Part shown: one piece after another, positions 32,909-43,782 of the stretch
How the letters are laid out: each line of letters begins with the position of its first letter
Position numbering within the stretch: position 1 is the stretch's first letter
From: Barthelona sp. PAP020
Lineage: Eukaryota
Reading direction: 5' to 3'
DNA length: 58,060 nucleotides
NCBI GenBank assembly: GCA_040182905.1
Contig: JARQWU010000036.1
Coordinates: 1 to 58,060, forward strand
The notes under the pieces: model-generated
Seen by the model: only the letters and a program-made list of their open reading frames with translations
What the model was told of the DNA's origin: nothing
The model's database searches: none
Program-made: the position numbers and the translations under genes

Positions 32909-34690
32909 CTAAAAAGTAACTTTTACATCCACGACTGAATCCTTGAATAATACAGTAACGCTGGAATCATCATCTAAAAAATTCAAACCAAAAATAGGTT
33001 TATCCAAAGAAACTTTTAAAACTTTTGAATTTAATAAATTTATTCCATTTTTTATCAACAAATCAGTAATATAAACATCATTATCGATGACAAAAGCCAA
33101 CTTATCTGTATGATTTGCATATGTTAAATATTTATGATTTATACAAGAAACTTCTTCACCATTTTCATAATTTAGAAGAATAACTTTGGTAAAAATTCCA
33201 GGTTTTTGCAATCTTTGACAAACAAAAGATCCTTGATTTGTCAAATGAATGGTACAAATCTCATCAACATTAAACTTACCAAAGACATGATTGACGTTAT
33301 AACTGTCAATGATTTGATGTTGAGAATTTTGTAGCACAATTAATTGCTCATTAATCACTTTTAAGTGCCTAGTATTTGTGGCATTAAAACCTAGACTAAT
33401 TGATAAAACGATATTCTGAAAGGTTACAACCATCAAACTACAGTTATGATTGATTTCCACATGCCTGAGTGTTTTTTTTGGAAAAAACATAAAATCCACC
33501 AATTCGGTTGGATTAGTAATATTAAAAAACAATATTACAGATGAAGTATTGGAAGAGTAATTAGATCTAATGACACATGCAACAATTATTCTTGATTGAT
33601 TTATGAGCATAACTCTACCTTCCACATTATCTGTTGAACTTTCAGGCAATCTTACAGTAGAAGCGGATATGATAGGAAACGATAAATTCACTCGTTCTAG
33701 CATCTTTTGCTTCAAAAAATCAAAAATGTAAAGAGTTTTTGATGTTAACACATATATAATATTATTTTCTTGTATAATTTGAAGAGGTGTTATTCCTAAT
33801 CTTTGTTGCCATGTGCAATTCCAATCAACACCTGTGGAAGATATTGTATAAACTTTCAATAAATTATTGCAAGCAAATACACGTTTGGAGTACAATTGAT
33901 CGTGATTAGAACCGGCAAAAACTAGATTTGATGAATCATTATTTTGAAAACAAAACAGTTCTGTGACATGAATTTGATTTTCCATCATACCTAAAATATC
34001 TTTTATTTTTCCAATATCATCCACATTATTTTTCACTTTAGCAATAATGTTTTGCAATTCTACAACTTCATTCGATAAACTTTTGATGTGTGTATTTAAT
34101 TCCATACTTTCAAATTTTTGTTTTTCAATTTCTTGTTCAATATGTTGAAACTTAAGTAAAGAGGGCAAATATGCTTTGGAAAACCTTTTTAACAACAAAT
34201 TAATCAAAGAAGTTTTCATCTCAACAAAACTATGATTATTATTGTATTTGGAAAAAAATTTTACTTCAGTATAATCATTTACATACACTAAAGAGGGCCA
34301 TAATAACCATTCATCATCATCTCCTTTGCATACCAAAAAATAATTATCAAAAAAATTTTTCAACAACAATTGTTTTCGAGTCTTCTTTAAAAAAATCAAA
34401 TAATATTTTATAAATTCTTTCTTCAATAAATCTAAATCATTTATATACATCAATAATTCTTTACTTTCTTGAAATAATTTTAAAATAACACTCCATCGTT
34501 TATTAAACCCTTCAAAATCATACATATGTAAACAATCTATTAATTTCTCAACAATATGTTCAGAATCATTCCCTCCAATATTGTCATTACGAATATCATT
34601 TTGAAATTGATCAAATGTCTGATAGAAACCACGATAAAAAAGATATTCCTCAACCAATTGGTCAACTTCTTCAATACTGTGAGGAATCAT
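32909..34690 (-). CDS. WDR91: WDR91-like protein (conserved N-terminal domain, coiled coil, divergent beta-propeller)
   Basis: VDQLVEEYLFYRGFYQTF...D...IVEKLIDCLHMYDF...W matches the WDR91 N-terminus. Start MIPHS at 34690. Confidence 0.65.
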   Translation of the reverse strand: MIPHSIEEVDQLVEEYLFYRGFYQTFDQFQNDIRNDNIGGNDSEHIVEKLIDCLHMYDFEGFNKRWSVILKLFQESKELLMYINDLDLLKKEFIKYYLIFLKKTRKQLLLKNFFDNYFLVCKGDDDEWLLWPSLVYVNDYTEVKFFSKYNNNHSFVEMKTSLINLLLKRFSKAYLPSLLKFQHIEQEIEKQKFESMELNTHIKSLSNEVVELQNIIAKVKNNVDDIGKIKDILGMMENQIHVTELFCFQNNDSSNLVFAGSNHDQLYSKRVFACNNLLKVYTISSTGVDWNCTWQQRLGITPLQIIQENNIIYVLTSKTLYIFDFLKQKMLERVNLSFPIISASTVRLPESSTDNVEGRVMLINQSRIIVACVIRSNYSSNTSSVILFFNITNPTELVDFMFFPKKTLRHVEINHNCSLMVVTFQNIVLSISLGFNATNTRHLKVINEQLIVLQNSQHQIIDSYNVNHVFGKFNVDEICTIHLTNQGSFVCQRLQKPGIFTKVILLNYENGEEVSCINHKYLTYANHTDKLAFVIDNDVYITDLLIKNGINLLNSKVLKVSLDKPIFGLNFLDDDSSVTVLFKDSVVDVKVTF

Positions 34691-34758
34691 TGTTTTAAAA
34701 ATGAAAAAAAAAATCAACTTTTTGTCACTTTATAAAACCGTGAATGAAATGTGTATTA

Positions 34759-35246
34759 TTATGATTGTTGTTTCTCACGTTTCTTCTTACCAAAGAGTTT
34801 CTTAAGTTCATTCTTACGTTCTCTACGAGCCTTCATGGAATTACGTTCTCTCTTCTTCATATCAAGAACATCACGCTTTTCTTTCTTAGAAAGAAGACGG
34901 ATTTGACGATAAGAAGGTTCAACACGTTTCATATCAGAAACGGTATCATAAATATGAACAAAACCAGTTGTCTTTCCACCACCAAACTTAGTCTTCATGT
35001 TGTAAATGATAACAGTATCGGGGGATACAGAGTAATGAGTGGCTAATTCAGACTTAACTTCAGAAAGAGGAATGTTACGACGAACACCAGGGTGAATGAC
35101 TTCAACGATCTAAATATTAGACATATACACTATTAAAAACAATAAATAAATAACATCAAAAGACCATATTCAAATACCATTTGCTTTCTGGAGAGAAGAG
35201 GATTAGACTGGAATCTACGTGTACGCACAGTGATTTTCTCAGGCAT
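34759..35246 (-). CDS. RPS24: 40S ribosomal protein eS24 (139 aa; exons 35246-35178, 35109-34759)
   Basis: MPEKITVRTRRFQSNPLLSRKQM|IVEVIHPG...KTKFGGGKTTGFVHIYD. Confidence 0.95.
35110..35177 (-). other. Spliceosomal intron, 68 nt (RPS24)
   Basis: GTATTT...TCTAATATTTAG. Removal restores conserved RKQM-IVEVIHPG. Confidence 0.9.
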
Positions 35247-35376
35247 TGTGACAAAAAAGTAACTGATTTAGCGAAGTAAAATGGAAGGGAAGAAAAATTT
35301 TTTCCAAAAAAGTTTTCAAAACTTCATCTTCTCTCTACTTTGTTTAAGCACTTTATATCGTTTTATCAATTATAAT
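35247..35376. promoter_or_regulatory. Putative bidirectional promoter between RPS24 and RPS11
   Basis: Only 130 bp separate the two divergent ATGs. Contains GAAAAATTTTT and purine/pyrimidine tracts. Confidence 0.55.
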
Positions 35377-35888
35377 ATGAGTGAGGTATGTTTATAATGT
35401 ATTAATTAACCTATTTATTCGATTTTTACACAACTTTAACTAATGTTTAGGCACAAACTGAAAAAGCATTCCAAAAACAACCCACCGTCTTCCAAGGAGC
35501 TCTTGGAACTAAGAAAGGTGGTCGCTATATTCGTGATGTCGGTATGGGTTTCAAGACTCCCCAAGAAGCCATTGAAGGAAATTTTATTGATAAGAAGTGT
35601 CCCTTCACTGGTAATGTTTCTATCCGTGGACGTGTTCTTCGTGGTGTTGTTCGTTCTGTTAAGATGAAACGTACCGTTATCGTTCGTCGTGATTATCTTC
35701 GTTATCTCCCCAAGTATAAGCGTTATGAAAAGAGACATAGAAACATTCCCGTTCACGTTTCTCCTGCCTTCCGTCCCCAACCTGGTGATATGATGACTTT
35801 TGGAGAATGCAGACCCTTGTCCAAAACTGTTAGTTTCAACTGCCTTGAACTTGCTTCAAAGGAAGGAATGAAGAAATTTGCCCTCTAA
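35377..35888 (+). CDS. RPS11: 40S ribosomal protein uS17 (148 aa; exons 35377-35385, 35451-35888)
   Basis: [13 protein letters not shown]...[13 protein letters not shown]...[15 protein letters not shown]...[17 protein letters not shown]...[10 protein letters not shown]. Confidence 0.95.
35386..35450 (+). other. Spliceosomal intron, 65 nt (RPS11)
   Basis: GTATGT...ACTAATGTTTAG. Confidence 0.85.
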
Positions 35889-35960
35889 TTTCATCCCCGC
35901 TTAGATATTGATAAACGGTTAATGTTACACATTATTTTTTTTTTGTGTTGTTATCATCAA

Positions 35961-36309
35961 ATGTTTTTGAGATGCGAAGAAGATCCTTTTGAGATGATGG
36001 TTTTGGATTTACAAGGTTCTTTGAGTGTCAATGGATCAAATTTTTCTAATCTTCAATTGGGAAATTTGAAATTTTTATCTGATGTATTTAAATTGAATTT
36101 TTGAATAATTTCTAACTGTTGCATAGACTAATGTTGAATTAGAAGTGGGAAATCATAAATTAGTTGGGTTGGTTAAAAAACTGGAAACGCCGTATCTTGC
36201 AATTGATACCAACAGTGGAATGAACATTGAGGTCAAAGGAATTGTGACCAAAATTATTGAATTTCATAAAGCTCCAGTGTTTATTCATACTGATTTACCA
36301 GATGATTAA
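35961..36309 (+). CDS. CTF8: Chromosome transmission fidelity protein 8 (Ctf18-RFC subunit), 101 aa; exons 35961-36083, 36127-36309
   Basis: Spliced product ...MVLDLQGSL...LGNLKFLSD|TNVELEVGNHKLVGLVKKLETPYLAI...IEVKGIVTKIIEFHKAP matches the Ctf8 pattern (ELQG / LGxL / VGxHxLxG / LEKP / KIxFxxxP). The ORF track shows only an unspliced fragment. Confidence 0.8.
36084..36126 (+). other. Spliceosomal intron, 43 nt (CTF8)
   Basis: GTATTT...TCTAACTGTTGCATAG, phase 0. Confidence 0.8.
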
Positions 36310-36620
36310 GAATGAATTGAATCTTTTTTATTGGGAAAGTACACTTTTTTAAATATTAAAATACATCTTCAAAATGATGCTTTTGCTTTAAAATCGCAAT
36401 ATTGAATATGTGTGATTCTTGAATGACAATTTTCTGAACAGGTCAAGTATATTACATGGATTGGACTTGTTTGTAAATATTCCATGTTTATTTTGATCTT
36501 TTTACAATAAAAATGAAGACTTTTTTTTTTTTGTTTTTTTTTTCTTTCTAGCTTTTTCAAAGTGTTTCAATTGTGTCTGTTAAGAAAAGGAAAAATAAAC
36601 AAATTTTCATATTTACAAAA

Positions 36621-38534
36621 TCATAGTTTTTCTTTGGCAAATCTGTTAAATAAAGCATAAGCATGAGAATATATATTGCTGAAACTGATTGTAGCTAAAT
36701 GAACTGTGACAATCTCAATGTATTCAAAACCTTTAAGATTTTGAATGGAATCAAGTTCATACTTTTTGACACTATCTTTTGATGTGCTAGAACTGCTTCC
36801 AAAAGCAATATCAATAATGTTACTCTTAGAATTATCTTTATTGTCAATGAAACGAAAACAACTAAAGATAAAATGTGAACTTTGTTCACTGTAATAAAGG
36901 TTATTATTGATAAAATTTCTTTTATGAGCTCTGGAAATGAAAGCTACAATAGCGTTTTTCATGAACAAAACAAATTGAGCATTTTCTCTATTTTTCGCTG
37001 GATTCAAGAGGACAGGATCTAAATAAACCATCCTATTATGAATTTGATCAATATAATGTATGAAACAACAATTTATCATCCCAACATAATGAGGTGACAA
37101 ATTCAACATCGAAATTTGTGGATATAAATAAATTTTTTCAATATTTTTAATTTTAGAATTCAACATACGTTCATTGCATTTAACAGTATTCAACAGATCT
37201 GTAAAAAATTGTTCATATTTTTCCCAAACATTCATATCCATTAAAATAGTTGAAGTGGTCAACTCATTAATTAAGATCAAAGGATTATCCTTCATGTTAG
37301 TTACATTGGAAAAGTCAAAACTTTCTAAAATATTGAAATTTTTTGGATCACAAAAATGTCGCATCTTGCTGTAACATTTAGGTAAAATTCTCCAACTGTA
37401 TTGAGTATACCAATCAAAAACTGTTTTTAATCCATTGAAATTGAACATTGAAACAATTTTTAATTTCTTACAATTAATTGGAGTAAAGAATAGAATAATA
37501 CTTAAAGTAGAAGTGACTTCAGTAATTTCTGCAGGTTTTCCATCAATACAATGATACCAAGGTAACACACGAATAGTACAATCATCAACAGAAGATTGTT
37601 GATTAAAAATTGGATCTAACCACATTTCATTTTCAGAAATAGTGTATTTAAGCATGAGATCCACATTCTGTTCAAAAAATGCACTCAGTAACATCAAAGT
37701 CTTCACCAATGTATTATCAACATCCACACCATTAATTCGTTCATTTCTCCCACTGATAGCAAGAATCATATCTTCGCATTGCACAAATGCTAACCCTGAA
37801 CTGGTATTTATGACATTTTCCTCATTTTGCTCAAAATTTTGACTCAATCCTTTCAGACTATTATAACAAGCAATAGATTGACTTTTAACTTGAGTTTGCA
37901 AATTATTTTTAAACTTTTTTAAATCTGTGTTGATATTGATATTGTCTAATTTATAAATTTGTGCTTCAAGATTCTCAGATGGCAATAAAGTTCGTAAAGA
38001 ATCAAGTATTAACAAAGGATTAGCTCTTAAATAATAACAAGTAAAATCGAAAAGTTGTTTCAATAATTCACCAACTTTTTCAGAAAAATTTGACAACAAA
38101 TAATTGACTTTAGAACCACTACAGATTATGTTCAACATGTTTGAACAAAACTTAACAACGTTTAACAATAATTCAGTTGAAGAAAAATGATCAATTCTAA
38201 TACAATAAAAGATTTTCTCATCTATTGAATGTTTCCATGATTTTCTTAACTCCTTAAAGTATGCAATTGGATGAAAAGCAAAATTTATATCTTCAAAAAT
38301 GGCCACATATTGTTTTGATCCTATTTCAATATTAATAAACTTTTGTCCCAATAATATTTGATTCTTAGCTGCTGATATAATTGTTTCAGGTGAAATAATT
38401 GAATAATAAGCTTGAGGATCTTCTAAATTTGTTGGATATATTAAAGGTAAATTGTTCAAATCAATATATGGTTCTGCATTTCCATCAGTTAAATCTTTAA
38501 TAAAATGACAGCAAAAAACGTATTCTAATATCAT
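36621..38534 (-). CDS. HPS1-like (BLOC-3 / Mon1-Ccz1 tri-longin family) protein
   Basis: VGMINCCFIHYIDQIHNRMV resembles HPS1 FPGLVHFIYVDR..GQMV. C-terminal IEIVTVHLATISFSNIYSHAYAL resembles YELLALHLSVIPT.LL.QQA..L. Confidence 0.55.
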   Translation of the reverse strand: MILEYVFCCHFIKDLTDGNAEPYIDLNNLPLIYPTNLEDPQAYYSIISPETIISAAKNQILLGQKFINIEIGSKQYVAIFEDINFAFHPIAYFKELRKSWKHSIDEKIFYCIRIDHFSSTELLLNVVKFCSNMLNIICSGSKVNYLLSNFSEKVGELLKQLFDFTCYYLRANPLLILDSLRTLLPSENLEAQIYKLDNININTDLKKFKNNLQTQVKSQSIACYNSLKGLSQNFEQNEENVINTSSGLAFVQCEDMILAISGRNERINGVDVDNTLVKTLMLLSAFFEQNVDLMLKYTISENEMWLDPIFNQQSSVDDCTIRVLPWYHCIDGKPAEITEVTSTLSIILFFTPINCKKLKIVSMFNFNGLKTVFDWYTQYSWRILPKCYSKMRHFCDPKNFNILESFDFSNVTNMKDNPLILINELTTSTILMDMNVWEKYEQFFTDLLNTVKCNERMLNSKIKNIEKIYLYPQISMLNLSPHYVGMINCCFIHYIDQIHNRMVYLDPVLLNPAKNRENAQFVLFMKNAIVAFISRAHKRNFINNNLYYSEQSSHFIFSCFRFIDNKDNSKSNIIDIAFGSSSSTSKDSVKKYELDSIQNLKGFEYIEIVTVHLATISFSNIYSHAYALFNRFAKEKL

Positions 38535-38597
38535 CTAATTTTTCATTATTTGACAAGTTAAAACAAAGAAGAAAAAATTTTACTTTTTTTCATTTAC

Positions 38598-39767
38598 TCA
38601 TTTATTCATTTGTGTATTAAATTGTCTCTTCAAATGATCAACTGCATATTGTGGCATAACATGTAAAACTGAAAATTCTTTGGTGTCAAATGAACATAAA
38701 TTCAAAACAATACAACCAAGTGTTCCTAAAAAAGAATGAGTTGGATCAGCTTCAGAAACTAAAACATTCTTTTTAAATCCTCTAATTGTCCATAGCGGTT
38801 TTAATGCTGCTACCAATTTTTTTTGGTCAACAAAAGAAGTTAATTTCAAAATTTTCAATGTCGAACCAACCCAATAAGTATAACAAGAATCATACAATTT
38901 ACCTGGTCTTCCACAAAAACCTCCTTCAATAGATTGACGTCTAAGTAACCAACATTTCAATTTAACAAGATCAAAATGACACTCAGGAACTTCCATTATT
39001 ATTTTTTGCTGATCTTCATCTGATAAATCTAAAAATCCAAGCAATTTCAAAATACCAACAGCACAATATGTACAACCCGCATGTGCTTCTGTACCAGGAT
39101 AAATTCCTGCCCCACCAGTAACAGTAAAACAAGATAATGTGTATATTAACGTTCTTCTTTTATCAACCAAAATTCTGTCTAAGCCCAAAATATCACCAAG
39201 AGAAACTAAAGTGAACAAATGCCTAATATCTACTTCTCCTTCAATGCACACTTTTGTTGAGCCATCGTCGTTTTGTAAATGTCTAAAAGATTCGACAAGT
39301 GCATCCACATCGATAAAGGAGACGTCACTCTCTGCACATCCAAATATACACAAAGCAGCAAAAGCATTCATAATGGTCCCATATAGAACATCAGAAGCCT
39401 TGCGAAAATCAACTAACTTTTCATCACTATCTGTGTAATCAATTGTGCAAGTGATATTGTGACTACAAAAACCACTGTATATCTTTGTTGCTTCTTCAAA
39501 TTTTAGATAGTGGCTTTTCGCGATATTAACAACAAGAGTTGAAATTTCTTTAAATTTATCATTATCATCATCGTTAAACAACGAAAGTAAAATGTATGGC
39601 CAAGATACATAACTTAATAAAAACGTATCAGGACAATGTGGAAATGCATTGATTATTCTTTTCATGAGGTGTTCGATATGTGACTTCTGAATGTATTCCG
39701 CTTTGATTTTTTCTTTATCATCAATAAATGGGTCTTCAGGATGATCATTATTATCTGAATTATTCAT
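38598..39767 (-). CDS. Protein prenyltransferase beta subunit (GGTase-I or Rab-GGTase type)
   Basis: GEVDIR, PGTEAHAGCTYCA, WLLRRQ..GGFCGRPGKLYDSCYTYWVG and DPTHS (Zn ligands D/C/H). First ATG at 39767. Confidence 0.85.
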   Translation of the reverse strand: MNNSDNNDHPEDPFIDDKEKIKAEYIQKSHIEHLMKRIINAFPHCPDTFLLSYVSWPYILLSLFNDDDNDKFKEISTLVVNIAKSHYLKFEEATKIYSGFCSHNITCTIDYTDSDEKLVDFRKASDVLYGTIMNAFAALCIFGCAESDVSFIDVDALVESFRHLQNDDGSTKVCIEGEVDIRHLFTLVSLGDILGLDRILVDKRRTLIYTLSCFTVTGGAGIYPGTEAHAGCTYCAVGILKLLGFLDLSDEDQQKIIMEVPECHFDLVKLKCWLLRRQSIEGGFCGRPGKLYDSCYTYWVGSTLKILKLTSFVDQKKLVAALKPLWTIRGFKKNVLVSEADPTHSFLGTLGCIVLNLCSFDTKEFSVLHVMPQYAVDHLKRQFNTQMNK

Positions 39768-39881
39768 TTCATACAAATGTTTTAAAAAAAAATGAGTTCC
39801 AAAATCTTTTTCAATTTTTTCAATTCAATTAAAGCACCTCAATTTTGATTCTTCCAAAAAAAACAAAAATACAAAGAAAAT

Positions 39882-40598
39882 TTATGTTTTACGTTTGGTA
39901 ACATGTTCATAAATTATTACTTGATCATATTCATGTGTACGAATCTCATAGCATTCAGTTCCACTTCCAGGAGATTTTTTAGGATCAACCACAATAATTT
40001 TTCGATCTCTTTTATTCTTGAATAATAAACCCTCCTCCGGATCCGTGATCACTTCAAAGTTTTGAGATGAATTAGAATACAATTGACCTGTTTCCCAATT
40101 ATAATAACTAAGATCAGATGGCCTGGGTAATAACTTCTTGTGATTGGAAGTATCAAAATAAGGTGTGAAATCTTCACTTCTTAATCTAGCACCAAAGTCT
40201 ATATAGCCAGATATTTCTTGTCCGGTATTATTGGAACATCTTAAAAAAATAATTACAGATAATTTGCCCGAAAGAACTTCTTCCTCCATCGTTTGAAGAG
40301 CTTGCAAAAAAGGAAATCCTTCTAAATTTCTATTTGCACTTACAGAAGTTTTGTTATATCGAAGATTTTCAAAATTTAAACTTGTTGTTTTGGTATTAGC
40401 CTTTTGTGCTTCGAAATCTTCTCTTGATAAAACATCTCCATTTCCTTTAAACCCTAATTCAACTAATTGACGAGCTAAATCTTGACTTTCTAAATAAAAT
40501 AAATCAGTTTCATTAATTTGTGAATCTAAATATTCTTCATATGTGGCAAATGTACTTAAAGACAAATCATGTGCCGAATCAAATTCATCCTTTGACAT
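39882..40598 (-). CDS. CFAP299: Cilia- and flagella-associated protein 299 (C4orf22/DUF4464)
   Basis: FATYEEYLDSQI...DLFYLE..DLARQLVELG; GQEISGYIDF; PRPSDLSYYNW; FKNKRDRKII.VDP. Confidence 0.9.
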   Translation of the reverse strand: MSKDEFDSAHDLSLSTFATYEEYLDSQINETDLFYLESQDLARQLVELGFKGNGDVLSREDFEAQKANTKTTSLNFENLRYNKTSVSANRNLEGFPFLQALQTMEEEVLSGKLSVIIFLRCSNNTGQEISGYIDFGARLRSEDFTPYFDTSNHKKLLPRPSDLSYYNWETGQLYSNSSQNFEVITDPEEGLLFKNKRDRKIIVVDPKKSPGSGTECYEIRTHEYDQVIIYEHVTKRKT

Positions 40599-40878
40599 CA
40601 GTTGAATTTTAAATACAAAAAACGAAACCTTTCATGTTTGTTTTTTTTGTTTGTTTTTCAAAGAAAAATACTCTTTTTGTTAGATATTTAGGCATTTTAA
40701 TACTTTTAAGTTAATTTGGTTTGATGAAACCTTCATTCTCATGGAATAAGGATTATTTTTTTGTTTCTCTTTGCAATACTTTTTTACAAAATTCACCATA
40801 AAAAAAAAAAACCCATAAAATAAAATAAAAAAGATTTATATAACAAACAAAATAATCAATGAAAGCATCCAATTTCAA

Positions 40879-41973
40879 TTATTCATTAGTTTTAAACAAA
40901 ATACAATTGTCTTCTTCAAGTTTTTTCGTTTTATCTGTGCAATTTTCGAGATTTTCCAATACTTTAACGGTTTGAAAAGTGGAATTTTCGGTTGAATTTT
41001 CATCCTCACTCAATTCTTCATCTGACAATATCAGAATTGAATTTGAATTGGATTTTATTGTTACAAGTGGTATTGACAACTCTGAGGTTTGCGAATTTTT
41101 ATTCTCACGTTCCTTTTGTGTCTTAATGTGCTTCATCAACCAATCAGGTGGTTTGGCAGTTGAAATTGGTATTTGTTCCTGCTTACTTTCTTTACAACAA
41201 CAACAACTCTTTTTATTTGCCCGAAAGCTCTTGGTTGCATTCAGTTGGCCCTTTTGCTTCATGATGAAATCATAAGTCGTTAACCCTCTTGCAACAATAC
41301 CAATATGAAAAAATAATAACTCACCAATAAAGAAACAAACCGGTAAACAAATGATTACAGTGCATGTGGTCCCCAATACATATAAAAGTGGATGTGAATG
41401 ACGCATAACTTCATTGAAAACAGGTGAATCACTAAAAAAGTACATAGAGACCAAAATAACACCCAAAATAGATTGTCCAACAACTGTAAGAAAGGTGGTT
41501 ATTAAAAACATGAAGAAAGGAACATAATTGGCCAAACCTACACAATTGTTTAACCAATCACAATGATGGTCAAATCTACCTGTACATTTATTGCATTTCC
41601 GACAATGTTTTGAACCAACACCTACTCTAGCTTTACATAATTGACACCAATTATTGTCAGTAATAATACGTTTTCCAGGTGCTAAATGTGGCCAAACCAT
41701 TGAATTTTGTGAACGATCCGTATTGATATCAGCAGGATCTATTACAGTACAAATAAAATTTAATATCCAAATTATTGTATAAAAAACTATAAAAATTATT
41801 GTTGCAACCCAAAAAAGGGAATCAGGAATCATACTAATCATAAAGAAAAAATATGCAAAACCAAGATAGAGAATAACCATCCATCCAACAATTTGCAATG
41901 GATTGAAAGGTCGGTTAAAACCATTATGTCGAATAGGAACATCTTGTCCTGGTTCAACAGAAATTTTAACCAT
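40879..41973 (-). CDS. DHHC palmitoyltransferase (ZDHHC1/11-like)
   Basis: RHNGF..P..PLQIVGW; CQLC...SKHCRKCNKCTGRFDHHCDWLNNCVG; TTYDFI; four TM segments. Confidence 0.9.
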   Translation of the reverse strand: MVKISVEPGQDVPIRHNGFNRPFNPLQIVGWMVILYLGFAYFFFMISMIPDSLFWVATIIFIVFYTIIWILNFICTVIDPADINTDRSQNSMVWPHLAPGKRIITDNNWCQLCKARVGVGSKHCRKCNKCTGRFDHHCDWLNNCVGLANYVPFFMFLITTFLTVVGQSILGVILVSMYFFSDSPVFNEVMRHSHPLLYVLGTTCTVIICLPVCFFIGELLFFHIGIVARGLTTYDFIMKQKGQLNATKSFRANKKSCCCCKESKQEQIPISTAKPPDWLMKHIKTQKERENKNSQTSELSIPLVTIKSNSNSILILSDEELSEDENSTENSTFQTVKVLENLENCTDKTKKLEEDNCILFKTNE

Positions 41974-42268
41974 TTAACATATTGAATTAACAAAAGAAAG
42001 TTTGAACACATTCAATTTTTATCATTTTGTTAGTAACCGATAAATCAACTCTAAAAGCATTTTGATCTGCTTGTTTTTTTGTTTTCAGATAAGTAAACTG
42101 AGTTTGAAAAATTATATCCTTTCAAGTAGAAATTTTTGTAAATTTGTTTGATTCAGAGTAAATTAGCAAAGAAATCTGCATGTGTTGTGCTGAATGAATA
42201 AAATTCAAAGATCTCATGCACTTCCAGGAAGCATTTTATTTCGACCATTTTTTTTTTTTTCAATAATT

Positions 42269-43675
42269 ATGAGAAATATTTTCTATTTTGTCTTATTTTT
42301 TGCATTTTTTGCATTTATTGTCAAATGTACAGATGAAGAAATATTTAGAAAACTCGCTTTAATGCAAGGAGATAGCTTTGACCAAAAAAGGTTTGCCATG
42401 TTTCAAGAACGTGCTGAAAAGTTTAGAAATATGCACGGAAAAGATGTGAAGATTCCAGAAATATTATATCGTTATGAACATGAACTATTTGGTCATGGAT
42501 CTTCTACTTCTATTGATAAGAAAGCCAAATTAGAGCTTATCCGTCAATATCGTTCAAAGTTTATTGAATTTGGATTGTTTAATTGTAAAACAGAGAATTT
42601 GCGTACTTTTCAAACTATTGACGTTGATGAAACTACTGAAATTGCTAAAAATTTCTCTTGGTTGAAAGAAGGTCAATTGGAAGAAGTTCCTATTCATGAC
42701 CAATCAAAATGTGGATCATGTTGGGTTCATGCAGCACTTGGTGTATATTCTTACAATTTACAAAGACACACTGGTGTTGTTTCAACATATGAAACTGTCG
42801 ATTTTACGAATTACTTGAGAGAACAAGCAAAGAAAGCCAATGAAGATGTTTCACAAGTCACAATTTGTGATGGAGGATTGAGCCAGGAAATTTACTCTTT
42901 CATGCTGCAAGAAAATGATTATTTCCATGCTCCTATGTACGATAAGGAAGGTAATGAAATGAAAGATGTCAAGGTTCAACCTGGGTGCTGGGGATATATC
43001 AACTCCAACCCACTTGACAGTTATCTTTTTGAATCTGCATCTTCTATCTCTCATATGAAACGTGCTTTGGTGCAATATGGTCCCATGGTCGTTTCTGTTA
43101 AAGCTTCTGAATTGATGTATTATCATCCGACTACTGGAAATGAAGTACTATACACATCTTCCAATGACGTTGGTGATACCGATCATGCAGTTATTGTTGT
43201 TGGTTATGGACGTGAAAATACAACTAAGGGAGAAACCGATTATTGGATAGTTCAAAATAGTTGGGGAACATCTTATGGATTGAATGGTTTTGTTAAAATT
43301 GCCACAAGTGAAGATGCTGCTGGTGCTTTGGGAATTCGTGGAGGAGGTTTAGTGCCAATCTTTGATAGAAGTAAATGTCATGATTATCCCGCTATTTTGC
43401 AAGGATGCCGTGGAATCTACACTCGTAAGTTCAGACAATCTATTGATGGCAAGGATCTTAGTTTGTCCAATTTCCCATTTGCTGAAAAAGGATGGGATTC
43501 ACCTTTACAAAGACCTATTATATTTGTTCCATTGTTGTTCTTTATTTTGTTTGGTTCTATTCTTTCATGGGCCTTTTACAATGTTGCAAAAAGAAATAAA
43601 GATAACAAAGAAACCGTCACACTCAATCCAATTCTTAAAATTAATGAAGATGCTGAAGATCAACCATTTGTTTAA
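42269..43675 (+). CDS. Papain-family (C1A) cysteine protease with signal peptide and C-terminal TM anchor
   Basis: Signal peptide MRNIFYFVLFFAFFAFIVKC; QSKCGSCW, CDGG, DHAVIVVGYG, YWIVQNSWG; TM IIFVPLLFFILFGSILSWAFY. Confidence 0.9.
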   Translation: MRNIFYFVLFFAFFAFIVKCTDEEIFRKLALMQGDSFDQKRFAMFQERAEKFRNMHGKDVKIPEILYRYEHELFGHGSSTSIDKKAKLELIRQYRSKFIEFGLFNCKTENLRTFQTIDVDETTEIAKNFSWLKEGQLEEVPIHDQSKCGSCWVHAALGVYSYNLQRHTGVVSTYETVDFTNYLREQAKKANEDVSQVTICDGGLSQEIYSFMLQENDYFHAPMYDKEGNEMKDVKVQPGCWGYINSNPLDSYLFESASSISHMKRALVQYGPMVVSVKASELMYYHPTTGNEVLYTSSNDVGDTDHAVIVVGYGRENTTKGETDYWIVQNSWGTSYGLNGFVKIATSEDAAGALGIRGGGLVPIFDRSKCHDYPAILQGCRGIYTRKFRQSIDGKDLSLSNFPFAEKGWDSPLQRPIIFVPLLFFILFGSILSWAFYNVAKRNKDNKETVTLNPILKINEDAEDQPFV

Positions 43676-43782
43676 GATTTTTGATTTATGTTATAAATAT
43701 CAAACATTCTATTTTTTTCGTTATCCGTTTGTTAAAGGATGAAGTTTGGTATTTCTCTAGACCCATTTTTTTTTCACCTGAT

